A stretch of 64,000 bases of DNA from Candidatus Poribacteria bacterium (lineage in GTDB: Bacteria > Poribacteria > WGA-4E > WGA-3G), in assembly GCA_965205015.1 (NCBI GenBank), contig OZ242029.1:4128001-4192000 (forward strand), given 5' to 3'. Positions 1 to 11,092 of this stretch are shown in pieces. A program made the position numbers and the translations under genes. The stretch's first letter is position 1; every line of letters begins with the position of its first letter. The notes beneath the pieces are model-generated. The model was not told where the DNA came from. It searched no databases and saw only the letters and a program-made list of their open reading frames with translations.

Positions 1-2
1 TC

Positions 3-3000
3 CTCCCGATTCAACTGAATCCTGTCCAGTACAATCCTGTCCGCCGTGAAGTGAGGCTCTACCACCGTCTCGTGGTAGAGGTCCGCTTTCGTAGCGGCGA
101 GGTAACCGCATCCCTACCAAGGTCCACGCCGTCTACTGTGTTATCGACGCTACCAAGCGGTTCACAGACTGAATCTGATGTTTATACCGCAATCTTCGCT
201 GATATGCTTGTTAACCCACAGAGTGCCATGAAATGGCGTGCGTCTCCCATTTCGTTTGCAAAACGAGCACCTGGGGCACCGAGTGTGCCGTTCACAGGAC
301 CCCGCTATAGAATCCGTATCACTGACTCTGGAATGTACAGCATTACAGCACAGGATCTCGCAGCTGCCGGTGCCAGTTTGGAGGCGATAGTGCCAGCGAC
401 ATTGCGGCTAACAAATAAAGGGAAACAGATACCGATTTTTGTGCGTGGTGAAGGCGACAAAAGATTTGACCCAACAGATGAAATCATCTTCTATGGCGAA
501 CGCCAGCACGGAGAAAAGAGTTATATCCACCCTTATTCCGATGAGAACATCTATTGGCTCTCCTGGGGTGCGGGACCCGGGATTCGGATGGGAGCGAAAA
601 CGCCACTTCCACATACAAATAACGCGCAGTCTTACAAGATTTTTCTCACACGCGCACATATCGAGAAAGACCGACAGTTTAGACGCTTCCGTCATGTAAA
701 CCTTACAGAAAGCCAGACATATGTAGAATTTAGTCAAGGGTTACTACAACGGCACTTCCGCTTGACGGAGCTACCACCGCTTCCAGATGACAGCTGGTTT
801 TGGGCACAACTCACCGCACCTGCGCTGAAAACGTTTAACTTCAATCTTCCCGGCGTTTCTGAGACGGCGCTACCGACAACCGTCCGAGTCGGCCTTCACG
901 GTAGATCCAACACACCGCACCTATGTACTATTTGGCTAAATGATAAAATCGAATTTGGAGAAGCCCGCTGGAATGGCGAAACCGAATACCAAATTCTTAA
1001 TCAGGAGATCCCCCAATCCTTTTTTAATCCAGGAAAGAACGCAATTCGGATTACAAATCCTGTTACCCCTGAATCGCCTATTGATATCATCCTGTTCAAT
1101 TGGCTCCAAATCGACTACTGGCGAGATTTTAAAGCGGAAGCAGATGTGCTCCCCTTTGCAATTACACCGTTCTGGGACGAAACAGGGGCTGTGAACCCAG
1201 GCTTCGAGGTCGAATTAAAGAACTTTACCACACCAGACGTCGAAATTTACGGCATTGACGGCACTCGCTACGTAGGCTTATCCGCTCGCACTGACCCGAA
1301 AGCGCCTGGTACCTATAAAATTCTGTTCCGTTCGACCCAAATTCGTCCTAAGGAGGCGAGCGATCCTACGATCCAATACATTGCGCTTACCCGGCGTCAA
1401 TTCCGAAAACCGAAAATCGCAGTAGATGCGCCATCCGATCTGCGTAGCACTCACAACGCGGCAGACTATATTATTATTACACATAACCACTTCATTCAGG
1501 ACGTTCAACCGCTTGCCGATTATCGATCTCAACAAGGGCTGCGCACCAAAATCGTAGATGTTCAAAACATCTACGATGAATTTAACGACGGTATTCTCGA
1601 TCCCAAGGCTATCCGTGATTTTCTCAATTACGCGTATCATCATTGGCAGCCGCCTGCGCCAACTTATGTGTTTCTCGTGGGCGACACAAATATTGACATC
1701 AAAAATAAACTTAATTTTGTGCCAACGGTTCAGGTGCAAATCCCTGGTTACGGATCCGGGGCGTCCGACCATCAATTCGTTACATTTCGAGGGGAAGATA
1801 GTTTTCCAGACATGCTCATCGGTAGAATGCCGGCGAACAATCGCGTGGATCTCCGCATATTTATCGAACGCACGATTAACTATGAAACATCTTCGCCAGT
1901 CGGTTCTTGGCATAAGCGGCTCCTCATGCTCGCAGGGTCGGATATCAGATTCCATTGGCAAACCACGCAACTCATTTCCCATAATCAACTGAGCGACAGA
2001 TATGAAACCCAACGTATCTATGCACCCCATACGGATGACCCGGTTTTGACAGGCGACGACACTGCCCTCACGCCCGTCGGTAGACGGGTGATCGACGGCT
2101 TTAACGACGGTGCGAGTATTGTCAACTATATCGGGCATGGCGGGGGAGGGAGATGGGCTTCCAGCCGGATGCTCGACTTTGCAGACCCCCAACAGAACTT
2201 AACCAATATTTCACAACTCCCCTTAGTTATTAGCATGACCTGCTATACCGGTTCCTTTGATGAAGATATAAACAGTCTTGCTGAAGAACTCCTCCGTTCT
2301 GAAAATGGGGGTGCTGTTGCTGTCATTGGGGCAACCAGTATCGGACTGCTCGATGGCGACTACTATCTGAACGCAGAAATCTTTGACGTTATCTTCAATC
2401 AACAGATACATAATTTCGGTGCCATTCTTGCGCAAGCAAAAACCCAGTTCCTCACCAATACACCCAGATTCCTTGATCTCGCCGAGGTTTTCACGCTTTT
2501 CGGCGATCCTGCGACAGACTTGAAGATACCGCCTAACACAATACAGGTCACAGTAGACATCAGTGCTGAGCAAGGGCGAAATACCTCTCAAGGAGATACC
2601 TTTCTCTCCGTTTCTGCAACGCTACCTGATCGGAATTTTAGTGGGGATGCCGAAATTACCGTTGTGCCGACAACTGAAGCCGTAAGCTCCGAGAACATAA
2701 AACTGAACCCCGAAATTGTTTCTATCGTCAATGGACAGGTCAACACAGAAATGCGTGTCCCCGCTGATCCCAACTTTGATGTCGGGGCTGTCCAGATTTA
2801 CGCATGGAATGCAAATGAAGAGGCTTTAGGGCATGCTACCTACAATATCTTAGATCGATACGCCAACAACGTCCGTCTTGTCCCTTTTCCGGTCGCAGCG
2901 AACCAACCCGCGCATCTCTATGTAGAAGTTGTGGACGAAAATGCTATTGACGACATAACGCTGTTTTGGAGTCTGGATGGTCATGAATTTTTCACGATTC

Positions 3001-4586
3001 CCGTTGTGCCACATGCTGGCACAACCTATAGAAGCCAGCGACCGATTCCCGCATATCCGGATGGAGAAATTATCGATTATTACGCGGAAATCAGGGTCAA
3101 AAGTGGGCGAACATTTCAAACAGAGTTGGTCACCTACCATATCGGATATGATGAAATTGATATCGACCTTGTCGTTTTGGACCAGACCTTGGCATGGGAC
3201 ACTACATCTCCGTTTACACTCTCGGTACAGGTCCGGAACCGAAAGAACCAAACAGCCCGAAACGTACCCGTTCGGTTCTTTGTGAAAGCAGTGAGTGGGA
3301 ACACCGATATCCCCAATCCAAACGTTAGCGTTGCGACGATCCTTGCAGAGCTCCAAAATGCTACGCCAATCGGCGACCTCCAAATACTTCCGGAAGTGCT
3401 ACCCGGTAGCCAGGTCGCTGTGAGTGTACCTTGGCAACCGCCCCCGGGTGAATATCTCGTCACCGTCTATGTAGACCCACCATCTGCCGACCTTCCGCAG
3501 GGAAGCATCATTGAAGAACGCGAACGGAACAACTGGACCTCGCGGCAGTTTTCGGGCAATCGTATTATTCTAACACCCGAAACACTCGATCAACCGATTC
3601 AGAGTCCAGACGGTATCTTTCGTATTGCTGTTCCGCCCGGCGGTGTACAAACAAGTACCGTCCTGACTTATGCCGAAGAAGCGCTTACCATTACAAATCA
3701 ACCTGATATTACAGCGGAAACCCTCTCAACATCGGGAACCCTCGCCTATCAATTTGACGTGGAGGGATCGGGGGCGCACACCCCTCCTACACTGCCGGTA
3801 ACCGCCACTTTCAAAAAAGAAGGAGATGGTGATGCCTATATCTATCGGCGCGATAATGACAACGGAAATTGGATTCGGGTCGGCGAGCAAACGACGAGTG
3901 GAAACACTATCTCTGCGGCGGTAAAACTGCCCGGAACATTTGCGCTGCTCTCACACAGTGACACACGTCCCCCCGTGCTTGACTTAACCTTTGACCATCA
4001 AGGTTTTGTCGATGGCGACTATATCTCTGATACACCCACCATCTCAGCGCGGATTGAGGACGCAAACGGGGTTGATTCACGACCGGAGAATATAATCCTC
4101 ACCAAAAACGGTGAAAACGTGCCTCAAGATGAATATGTAATTGCAGCATCGCCTACCAACAATAGCTTGCTCCTGATAACCTATACGCCTGTCTTAGAAC
4201 CGGGCGAATACCGCATCCGGTTACAGGCACAGGACGCAAACGGCAATATCTCAGACACGGAGCGCACTGGAACTGTTGCTGGGGAATTTGAAATCAAAAA
4301 TATTGCCAACTTCCCAAATCCATTTATGCCGGGAAGCGGGACCTATTTCGCTTATTACCTCACGGAAAGTGCGGACGAGGTAAGCCTGAAAATCTACACG
4401 ATTACAGGGCGCCGCGTTATTGCCATTGATACCTTGGATGCGTCCGTCTCCTTCAACGAATTCCACTACGACGGCTACGACAGGGACGGCGAACCGCTTG
4501 CGAACGGGGTCTATCTCTACAAATTTACCGCTCGCAAAGGGGATGTCCGTAAACAAAAGGTCGGGAAAATCGCAGTACGGAAGTAG
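3..4586 (+). CDS. Peptidase C25 (gingipain/PorU-like) protein with C-terminal FlgD-Ig/T9SS-type sorting domain; 5'-truncated by the window edge
   Basis: Frame is open from nt 3 (LPIQLNPVQYNPVRREVRLY). C25 motifs ADYIIIT, YVFLVGD, IGRMP, YIGHG (His) and MTCYTG (Cys); C-terminal NFPNPF...KIYTITGRRV...LANGVYLYK. Confidence 0.85.
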   Translation, partial: LPIQLNPVQYNPVRREVRLYHRLVVEVRFRSGEVTASLPRSTPSTVLSTLPSGSQTESDVYTAIFADMLVNPQSAMKWRASPISFAKRAPGAPSVPFTGPRYRIRITDSGMYSITAQDLAAAGASLEAIVPATLRLTNKGKQIPIFVRGEGDKRFDPTDEIIFYGERQHGEKSYIHPYSDENIYWLSWGAGPGIRMGAKTPLPHTNNAQSYKIFLTRAHIEKDRQFRRFRHVNLTESQTYVEFSQGLLQRHFRLTELPPLPDDSWFWAQLTAPALKTFNFNLPGVSETALPTTVRVGLHGRSNTPHLCTIWLNDKIEFGEARWNGETEYQILNQEIPQSFFNPGKNAIRITNPVTPESPIDIILFNWLQIDYWRDFKAEADVLPFAITPFWDETGAVNPGFEVELKNFTTPDVEIYGIDGTRYVGLSARTDPKAPGTYKILFRSTQIRPKEASDPTIQYIALTRRQFRKPKIAVDAPSDLRSTHNAADYIIITHNHFIQDVQPLADYRSQQGLRTKIVDVQNIYDEFNDGILDPKAIRDFLNYAYHHWQPPAPTYVFLVGDTNIDIKNKLNFVPTVQVQIPGYGSGASDHQFVTFRGEDSFPDMLIGRMPANNRVDLRIFIERTINYETSSPVGSWHKRLLMLAGSDIRFHWQTTQLISHNQLSDRYETQRIYAPHTDDPVLTGDDTALTPVGRRVIDGFNDGASIVNYIGHGGGGRWASSRMLDFADPQQNLTNISQLPLVISMTCYTGSFDEDINSLAEELLRSENGGAVAVIGATSIGLLDGDYYLNAEIFDVIFNQQIHNFGAILAQAKTQFLTNTPRFLDLAEVFTLFGDPATDLKIPPNTIQVTVDISAEQGRNTSQGDTFLSVSATLPDRNFSGDAEITVVPTTEAVSSENIKLNPEIVSIVNGQVNTEMRVPADPNFDVGAVQIYAWNANEEALGHATYNILDRYANNVRLVPFPVAANQPAHLYVEVVDENAIDDITLFWSLDGHEFFTIPVVPHAGTTYRSQRPIPAYPDGEIIDYYAEIRVKSGRTFQTELVTYHIGYDEIDIDLVVLDQTLAWDTTSPFTLSVQVRNRKNQTARNVPVRFFVKAVSGNTDIPNPNVSVATILAELQNATPIGDLQILPEVLPGSQVAVSVPWQPPPGEYLVTVYVDPPSADLPQGSIIEERERNNWTSRQFSGNRIILTPETLDQPIQSPDGIFRIAVPPGGVQTSTVLTYAEEALTITNQPDITAETLSTSGTLAYQFDVEGSGAHTPPTLPVTATFKKEGDGDAYIYRRDNDNGNWIRVGEQTTSGNTISAAVKLPGTFALLSHSDTRPPVLDLTFDHQGFVDGDYISDTPTISARIEDANGVDSRPENIILTKNGENVPQDEYVIAASPTNNSLLLITYTPVLEPGEYRIRLQAQDANGNISDTERTGTVAGEFEIKNIANFPNPFMPGSGTYFAYYLTESADEVSLKIYTITGRRVIAIDTLDASVSFNEFHYDGYDRDGEPLANGVYLYKFTARKGDVRKQKVGKIAVRK

Positions 4587-4704
4587 GTACAGGACAAAAT
4601 CCGCAGCTTTTGTGGGGATTAACGCACTCTTCTGAGTTCAACGTCATGGTTCCCCACAACCTATCGGAAACTGAATCCCGCAGGGGCGGCAGGTTTATAG
4701 AGAA

Positions 4705-5529
4705 ATGAACACTAAAACCATCGGTAAAATCATCGGTATCCTTGGTATTCTTATTGTCGGTCTCATTGGGTTTCAGATGCTCAAAGTCCAGGCACCTGAA
4801 GTAGAAGAACCACAAAAGATCATTAAGACAGTGAGTCGGCGCATCACTACGTCTCCTTTCGTCAAGAAGACACCAGAAACAATCCTCAATGAAACGGTAA
4901 TGGATATACCGCAAGAAGATACAAACAGTGAGTCTCCTGACATAGAGACGACATCTGTTCCTGAAAGCGTGCCTACGGCGCAGAGCACGGATGCTGAAAT
5001 CAGGGAATTTCAAGCATGGCTTTTTTCGAGCCTCGAAGAGGAAGACGCTATTGAGGAAATAGAACAGGATGATTCCAACGTGGCAGCGGATGAAATCGAC
5101 TACACTTTAGAGAAATCCGTGATAAGCTCCGTGATTGAGGAGCAATGGAGAAATAGTTTCGAAACGCACGATATTGAAGGATATATGTCGGCGATATGGG
5201 AAGACGACTTCTTCTATGTCAGTGATATGGACACGCCCGATAATCTCGGTGATGACATAATATTTCGGGGCGGTTCAGAGGAACGCGAGGGAGCATTGAG
5301 AATGTTCGATGCCAACCATGCCATCGACCTGAGTCTTTCTAAGAACGGAGATACCGAATTCTTGAGTGAGACGCTTGCTATCGTTGACTATGATTACGAC
5401 CTCAAACTCGCTTCTCCAGCACACGGTGTATCTAATCCATCAGGACGCATGATTTTCGTCTTGGAACTTCGAGAAAGCGGAGAATGGCGTATTCTTGAAT
5501 GGTATGACTATCCAAACCTGAATCCATAA
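4705..5529 (+). CDS. Membrane-anchored protein with C-terminal NTF2/SnoaL-like domain
   Basis: N-terminal hydrophobic helix, acidic linker, then WRNSFETHDIEGYMSAIW...GEWRILEW typical of NTF2-like folds. Confidence 0.55.
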   Translation: MNTKTIGKIIGILGILIVGLIGFQMLKVQAPEVEEPQKIIKTVSRRITTSPFVKKTPETILNETVMDIPQEDTNSESPDIETTSVPESVPTAQSTDAEIREFQAWLFSSLEEEDAIEEIEQDDSNVAADEIDYTLEKSVISSVIEEQWRNSFETHDIEGYMSAIWEDDFFYVSDMDTPDNLGDDIIFRGGSEEREGALRMFDANHAIDLSLSKNGDTEFLSETLAIVDYDYDLKLASPAHGVSNPSGRMIFVLELRESGEWRILEWYDYPNLNP

Positions 5530-5622
5530 CAATCTCTCATGCCTAAAATAGTTAAACCTGTGAGTGATTGCTGGAATCAAAGACTCGCAGGTTTAGCTAA
5601 TTCCTAACGCAAGTTGCCATCT

Positions 5623-5678
5623 TTGTAGCATAGGCTGTTAGCCTGTGTCTGTTTGTAGCATAGGCTGTTAGCCTGTGT
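5623..5678 (+). repeat. Two tandem copies of a GTAG-type REP-like palindrome (GTAGCATAGGCTGTTAGCCTGTG)
   Basis: Direct repeat visible; related copies near 26795-26850 and 52170-52196. Confidence 0.75.
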
Positions 5679-5743
5679 TTCCGTTATCCGCAATGTGATA
5701 GGGATTGTCCAAAGTTTAGTAAACCCTTATGCCACTCCCTCCA

Positions 5744-6958
5744 TTAAGTTGCCTCACCCACGGAAAGAACTTCGATTATCCTTCCAAACGGCTTATCCGG
5801 AAACAGGGACGCAAGTTTCTGTGTATACGTCAGCGGTGTGAGTTCTAAAATCTCGCCATCTATATCCACCCTGTAACGCCGATGCACATCTGCCCCCGCT
5901 TTGAGAAGTGCTTTGACGATTTCCAAGCACTCGTCAAGGGCTTCTACGGCTTCTCTTATCCCATACCACGTGCCTATCGCCACGAGGAGCGGAGACATCT
6001 CGTATTCAACAGGACGAAATATGATCCGATTGCCACAGACAAACTCCTGTTCAATCAGTTGCGGATTGGAACCGACATACCGTCTGACCCTCTCCAGATC
6101 GCCCATAATAATCGCAGCCCCTAAATCCGGCACTGCCCCGTTTTCAATCAGTAAGTTATAGAAAGGCATTCGCGGCTCGGCTTCAAAAGCGGAGTGATGC
6201 CACGGTTTCACCAGTAAGTCCATTGGGGCGTTGCCTTCAGCCTGTCCTGCCGTGGCCAACGATGGATCCGCTTCAATCAGGAGTGTGGCGATCTCTATCC
6301 GATCGCACCCTGCGGCAATTCCGAGCAGGCTTATGCCGTTCCACGTCCTTGATCTGTCAAAACGTTGTTTAAGCACCTCTGGGTTGTTACGGATAGCTGT
6401 CTCAACGTATTCACGGTCGTCCATAAGAACCGCCGCAACGAGATTCGTTGCCGCCCTGTGTTCCCTGAAGAGGTCATAGAGTTGCCGTATCGGTCTGAAC
6501 CATCGCGCTTTACCGAAATTGATCAGTCCTCTTGAGGCGAGTGCTTCGAGAGGGGTTCGTCCTTCCTCATCTCTCACAGAAACGAGCGACGGGTCGGTAG
6601 TCAGCAGTTCCTCTACGCGCTGCATATCGGTTTGTGTCAGATCAGGAGCCCGGAGTATTTGGAACAGGAGGTCTTTGGTGAGTATTCCCTCCGCGACTTG
6701 TTCTTGATGCAGCACCGCTTCCTTCAACCGCGTCCAACTTGCGAATCCGTATTCACGGGCAATCACAAATTGCGCGTCTTGCAAACCGAATGTTGTCTGC
6801 TGGATTTCTGTATCTGTGGCATCGGAGAGTTTTGGAAAGAACGTGCGAATCCGTTGAAACGCGTCAAGAGAACTTTCCTTACGCGCCTTCAGCAGCTGTT
6901 TCGCTTGCGACTTCAGATGTTCAAGGTTCGGATTGGAGGGCAGTTGTTTATATTGCAT
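5744..6958 (-). CDS. Ankyrin-repeat protein with N-terminal LPxxPNLEHLKxQAKxLL domain
   Basis: N-terminal LPSNPNLEHLKSQAKQLL...AQFVIAREYGFASWTRLK motif; ankyrin-like segments GRTPLEALA, SPLLVAI, LLKAGADVH; RBS GAGGAG. Confidence 0.75.
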   Translation of the reverse strand: MQYKQLPSNPNLEHLKSQAKQLLKARKESSLDAFQRIRTFFPKLSDATDTEIQQTTFGLQDAQFVIAREYGFASWTRLKEAVLHQEQVAEGILTKDLLFQILRAPDLTQTDMQRVEELLTTDPSLVSVRDEEGRTPLEALASRGLINFGKARWFRPIRQLYDLFREHRAATNLVAAVLMDDREYVETAIRNNPEVLKQRFDRSRTWNGISLLGIAAGCDRIEIATLLIEADPSLATAGQAEGNAPMDLLVKPWHHSAFEAEPRMPFYNLLIENGAVPDLGAAIIMGDLERVRRYVGSNPQLIEQEFVCGNRIIFRPVEYEMSPLLVAIGTWYGIREAVEALDECLEIVKALLKAGADVHRRYRVDIDGEILELTPLTYTQKLASLFPDKPFGRIIEVLSVGEAT

Positions 6959-7091
6959 GAGAATCTCCTCTCGTTACACCCGCTGTCCGCATTTACAGGC
7001 ACAGAAAGAAGATTATAGGTATTCGGAAGAAACAAGGCAGGTTGGACCCTTCCCGCGGACTGGAGGCTTCCTTGTGAAGTTAACAGTATAT

Positions 7092-7121
7092 AGGATACCA
7101 CAAGCGTTAAAGGTTTGTCAA
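7092..7121 (-). promoter_or_regulatory. Putative sigma70 promoter of the ankyrin gene
   Basis: Minus strand TTGACA, 18-nt spacer ending in TGG, then TATCCT. Confidence 0.45.
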
Positions 7122-7164
7122 CTTAAAATAGAGAAAAGAGTCCCTATAGGGTCAATTCTCAAAT

Positions 7165-7209
7165 TGTCTGAATCGCGGATTGACGCGGATTATGCAGATT
7201 TCGCGGATT
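7165..7209 (+). repeat. Repeat family A (TGTCTGAATCGCGGATT followed by 9-10 nt periodic GATT units)
   Basis: Near-identical copies at 14820, 51061 (+) and ending at 19708, 52131, 54565 (-). Confidence 0.85.
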
Positions 7210-7798
7210 TTTGGGACACCTTCCGGTCAAATCTACGGATCCATTGGGGCTGACCCACTTCAGAAGAAAACGGGAAGGTGAATACCAAAGCTTTACATAT
7301 CTTGCGCGAGTCCTTACGTTAATTCTTGATAATAGTTTATGGATGACGTATAATTAACATCATATTCTTGAAATTTTGCCCTTTATCAGTAAAACGAATG
7401 AAGAATCGAGATATGAACACCATAGTTAGAACAGCGCGAATACTTGATAGTAATCCTTGCCTGCGGGGCTCGTTGGTCCTTTCAGAAACCATCTGGATCC
7501 CCGATTTAACAAGCCTGATCGCCCCCCCCCCCCGCTTTACAAACGATAAGCGTTTAGCCCCACAATATTCACCGATTCTACCAATATTCCGTCCCCGTGC
7601 CCGCGCGCCATTTCACCCGATGGCATCCAGCGCGGGTTGTTTTTGTTGTCGTAGTTTCAGCAACACATATCCAACGAATGCCTTACGCACAATCGCATCT
7701 TTCCCTCTTGCAGTCGCAATGATTTATGAACCCCCTCAGTTAAACGAAACCCTCAACTTTTGAATCATAGCAGCAAAACGTTCAGAATCAGGTTAACT

Positions 7799-10700
7799 AT
7801 GTCAAATCTTAAATCCAGCATCCGAGACAATCATAAGAGGGGAAGCGTTGGCGACTTCCTTAAATCCAAAATTGAAGATGGATCCTCCCTCTCAATTGTT
7901 TCCGCGTACTTCACGATCCACGCCTTTCAAACACTCAAAGAATCGCTCACAAAAATCAAAGAGCTCCGGTTTCTGTATGGTGAACCTCGCTTTATAAAAA
8001 GCCTCAACTCCGAAAATACCGACAAGAAAGCCTTCAAAATTGAGGGCGAAACCGAAGGCTTGAAATTCGAGGATCGCTTAAAACAGAATTGGATTGCCAA
8101 AGAGTGTGCCGCATGGATTCGAGAAAAAGTACAGATTCAATCCATTCAAAAATCTAATCTGATGCATGCGAAAATGTATCACATCGCTAAGGATGGTGTA
8201 GAAGATGCCATTGTCGGAAGTTCCAATTTTACCGTGCGCGGCCTTGGAATGAGTGCAACAGACAATAACATTGAACTGAATCTTGAAGTAGACAGCAACC
8301 GAGATCGCAGTGACGTGAAGGTGTGGTTTGATGATATCTGGGAGGACAAAGAACTCGTCAAGGATGTCAAAGACGAGGTGCTGCTATACCTTGAGCAACT
8401 CTATCAGAACAACACCCCAGAGTTTATCTATTATAAAACGTTATATCACATCTTTGAACGGTTTTTAGGCGAACAAGAAAAAAGTGGACTCCTCGCTGAG
8501 GATGTGCAACTCGTCGATACGATTGTCTGGAACACTCTATTTGAATTCCAGAAGGATGCCGTGAAAGGCGCGATAAACAAAATTCGGCAACACAACGGGT
8601 GTATCATTGCGGATAGTGTCGGTTTAGGCAAAACCTTCGAGGCACTTGCTATCATCAAATACTTTGAACTCCTGAACAACAGAGTCCTCGTGCTATGCCC
8701 CAAGAAGTTGCGGGACAACTGGACAGATTACCGTGCAGACAATAACAGCGAGCTGAATCTGTTCTGCAAGGACCGCTTTCGATACACAGTCCTCTCCCAT
8801 ACCGATCTGAGTCGTGATGGTGGAAAGTCAGGCGATATTAACCTTGAAACCATCAATTGGGGCAACTACGATTTGGTTGTTATTGATGAATCGCACAATT
8901 TCCGTAACAATACACCCGGTAAGAGAGATGAGGACGGCAATTTGATCCGCAAAAGCCGGTACCAACGGCTAATGGAGGATATTATCCAGAGCGGCATCAA
9001 AACCAAAGTCCTATTGCTCTCTGCTACACCAGTGAATAACAATCTGAAGGATCTCCGCAACCAGATCTATTTTCTCACCGAAGGTCGAGACGACGCTTTC
9101 CAAAAGTCGCTTGGCATTGATAGCCTGCAAAGAACCCTGGCAGATGCCCAGCGCACTTTTACCGACTGGTCAAAGCAACAGGACGACCGCCAGACACGTG
9201 ACCTACTGGAACGGCTCAGTTCCACCTTTTTCAAACTGCTTGACGAGTTGACGATCGCCCGTTCTCGAAAACACATTGAGAAATACTATCCAGACTCACT
9301 GAAAGAGCTTGGTGGGTTCCCGGAGCGCAACAAGCCAATTTCTGTCTACACCGATATTGATTTGCAAGGTCAGTTCATGTCTTACGACGAACTTAACGAG
9401 GAAATTTCCGAATATCAACTCTCCCTATTCAATCCCTCAAAGTATGTGCTGCCCGAGTACATTTCCCAATACGAGGACGGACAGATTGGACAATTTACGC
9501 AAAGTGACCGTGAACACTACTTGATCGGTATGATGAAGGTCAATTTTCTCAAACGCTTGGAAAGTTCCGTTCACGCCTTTGGAATTACGATGGGACGGAC
9601 GATCGAAAAAATCGAGCAACTGGAAAAACGGATTAAACGATTCCAAGAGTTTCGCGAGGAAAATCCTGATATGGATTTGGAAGATGTTGATATCGAGGCA
9701 TTTGAGGATGAAGATCTACAAGAGGCAATGCAGGTAGGCAAAAAATTAGTCTTCAAAATGGTACACCTTAATACTGAAAGGTGGTTGACAGATTTGGAAC
9801 ACGACCGCGAACAACTTGAGTTGCCTTATCTCTATGCAAAGGATGTTACCGATGATCGCGATGCCAAACTCGCCAAACTCAAGCAACTCATCGCCGAAAA
9901 GGTTAAACAACCCACAAGAAATAAAAAAGGAAGACCGAATCGCAAGGTTCTGGTATTTACTGCCTTCGCAGATACAGCCAAATATCTCTACGATGCATTG
10001 GAACAATGGGCACCTGAAGAACTCGGTGTCCATATCGGAATGGTATCGGGAGGTACAAGCGGTAATAAGACAACCTTCGGCAGGACTGAATTCAGCAATA
10101 TCTTAACGAATTTTTCACCGAATTCCAAAAAACGTCACCTGATGAAAACCATGCCACAGGACGAGGAGATAGACCTGCTCATCGGCACGGATTGTATCTC
10201 GGAAGGACAAAACCTGCAGGACTGTGATTATCTCATTAACTACGACATTCATTGGAATCCAGTGCGTATCATTCAACGGTTTGGACGTATTGACCGCATC
10301 GGTAACAACAATGACAGCGTCCAGCTCGTCAACTTCTGGCCCACACCCGACCTCAACCGTTACATCAAACTAAAAAATCGGGTCGAAGCACGGATGGCAC
10401 TCGTAGACATTGCCGCAACGCAGGGGGATAATCTGTTAGAACCGGAAGGAATTCAGGAACTCCTTGAGGATGACCTCAAATACCGTGATCAGCAGCTGCT
10501 AAAACTGAAGGACGAAGTCTTAGACCTTGAGGATTTCAATGAGAGTGTCGCCCTCAACGAATTCACGCTTGATGACTTCCGTATTGACTTGATGAACTAT
10601 ATTGAGAGTAACCGGAAAACGCTTGAAGACGCACCTTTCGGACTCTATACCGTTGTGCCACCGGATCCCAAGTACCAGATGATGACCAAAGGGGTTATCT

Positions 10701-11092
10701 TCTGTCTGCGACAAAAAGGCGATTCCACAGGAAATGAGAAGATAAATCCGTTACAGCCCTATTTCTTGGTCTACATTCGCGAGGATGGCGAGGTGCGGTT
10801 TACTTTTGCACAACCTAAACAGATCTTGGAGATGTACCGCTTGTTGTGTGCAGATGTGAAAAAACCGTATGAAGACCTGTGTACCTTGTTTGACCAGCAA
10901 ACCGGCAACGGCACGGACATGACCCTCTACAATGACCTGCTGCAGAAAGCAGTTCATTCACTCAGTCGCACCTATCAGAGACGAGCCGTCAGTAATCTCT
11001 TAGTGGGTCGTGGCGGCACGCTACCTAAACGACAAAAGCAGATTAGCAATGTGACTGACTTTGAACTCATTACATGGTTGGTGATTCAATGA
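7799..11092 (+). CDS. PLD-family nuclease domain fused to SNF2-like superfamily 2 helicase
   Basis: HAKMY...GSSNFT PLD motif; DSVGLGKT (Walker A), IDESHNFRN (Walker B), LLSATP, SEGQNLQ, QRFGRIDRIG. ATG 7799 preferred over TTG 7760. Confidence 0.85.
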   Translation: MSNLKSSIRDNHKRGSVGDFLKSKIEDGSSLSIVSAYFTIHAFQTLKESLTKIKELRFLYGEPRFIKSLNSENTDKKAFKIEGETEGLKFEDRLKQNWIAKECAAWIREKVQIQSIQKSNLMHAKMYHIAKDGVEDAIVGSSNFTVRGLGMSATDNNIELNLEVDSNRDRSDVKVWFDDIWEDKELVKDVKDEVLLYLEQLYQNNTPEFIYYKTLYHIFERFLGEQEKSGLLAEDVQLVDTIVWNTLFEFQKDAVKGAINKIRQHNGCIIADSVGLGKTFEALAIIKYFELLNNRVLVLCPKKLRDNWTDYRADNNSELNLFCKDRFRYTVLSHTDLSRDGGKSGDINLETINWGNYDLVVIDESHNFRNNTPGKRDEDGNLIRKSRYQRLMEDIIQSGIKTKVLLLSATPVNNNLKDLRNQIYFLTEGRDDAFQKSLGIDSLQRTLADAQRTFTDWSKQQDDRQTRDLLERLSSTFFKLLDELTIARSRKHIEKYYPDSLKELGGFPERNKPISVYTDIDLQGQFMSYDELNEEISEYQLSLFNPSKYVLPEYISQYEDGQIGQFTQSDREHYLIGMMKVNFLKRLESSVHAFGITMGRTIEKIEQLEKRIKRFQEFREENPDMDLEDVDIEAFEDEDLQEAMQVGKKLVFKMVHLNTERWLTDLEHDREQLELPYLYAKDVTDDRDAKLAKLKQLIAEKVKQPTRNKKGRPNRKVLVFTAFADTAKYLYDALEQWAPEELGVHIGMVSGGTSGNKTTFGRTEFSNILTNFSPNSKKRHLMKTMPQDEEIDLLIGTDCISEGQNLQDCDYLINYDIHWNPVRIIQRFGRIDRIGNNNDSVQLVNFWPTPDLNRYIKLKNRVEARMALVDIAATQGDNLLEPEGIQELLEDDLKYRDQQLLKLKDEVLDLEDFNESVALNEFTLDDFRIDLMNYIESNRKTLEDAPFGLYTVVPPDPKYQMMTKGVIFCLRQKGDSTGNEKINPLQPYFLVYIREDGEVRFTFAQPKQILEMYRLLCADVKKPYEDLCTLFDQQTGNGTDMTLYNDLLQKAVHSLSRTYQRRAVSNLLVGRGGTLPKRQKQISNVTDFELITWLVIQ

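Noticed and set aside
5623-5678. Palindromic direct repeat as a mini-CRISPR
   Set aside because: Two copies with almost no spacer; matches a dispersed REP-like family.
7368-7763. 131-aa ORF upstream of the helicase
   Set aside because: No RBS or recognisable motif; it spans the poly-C tract and is probably spurious.
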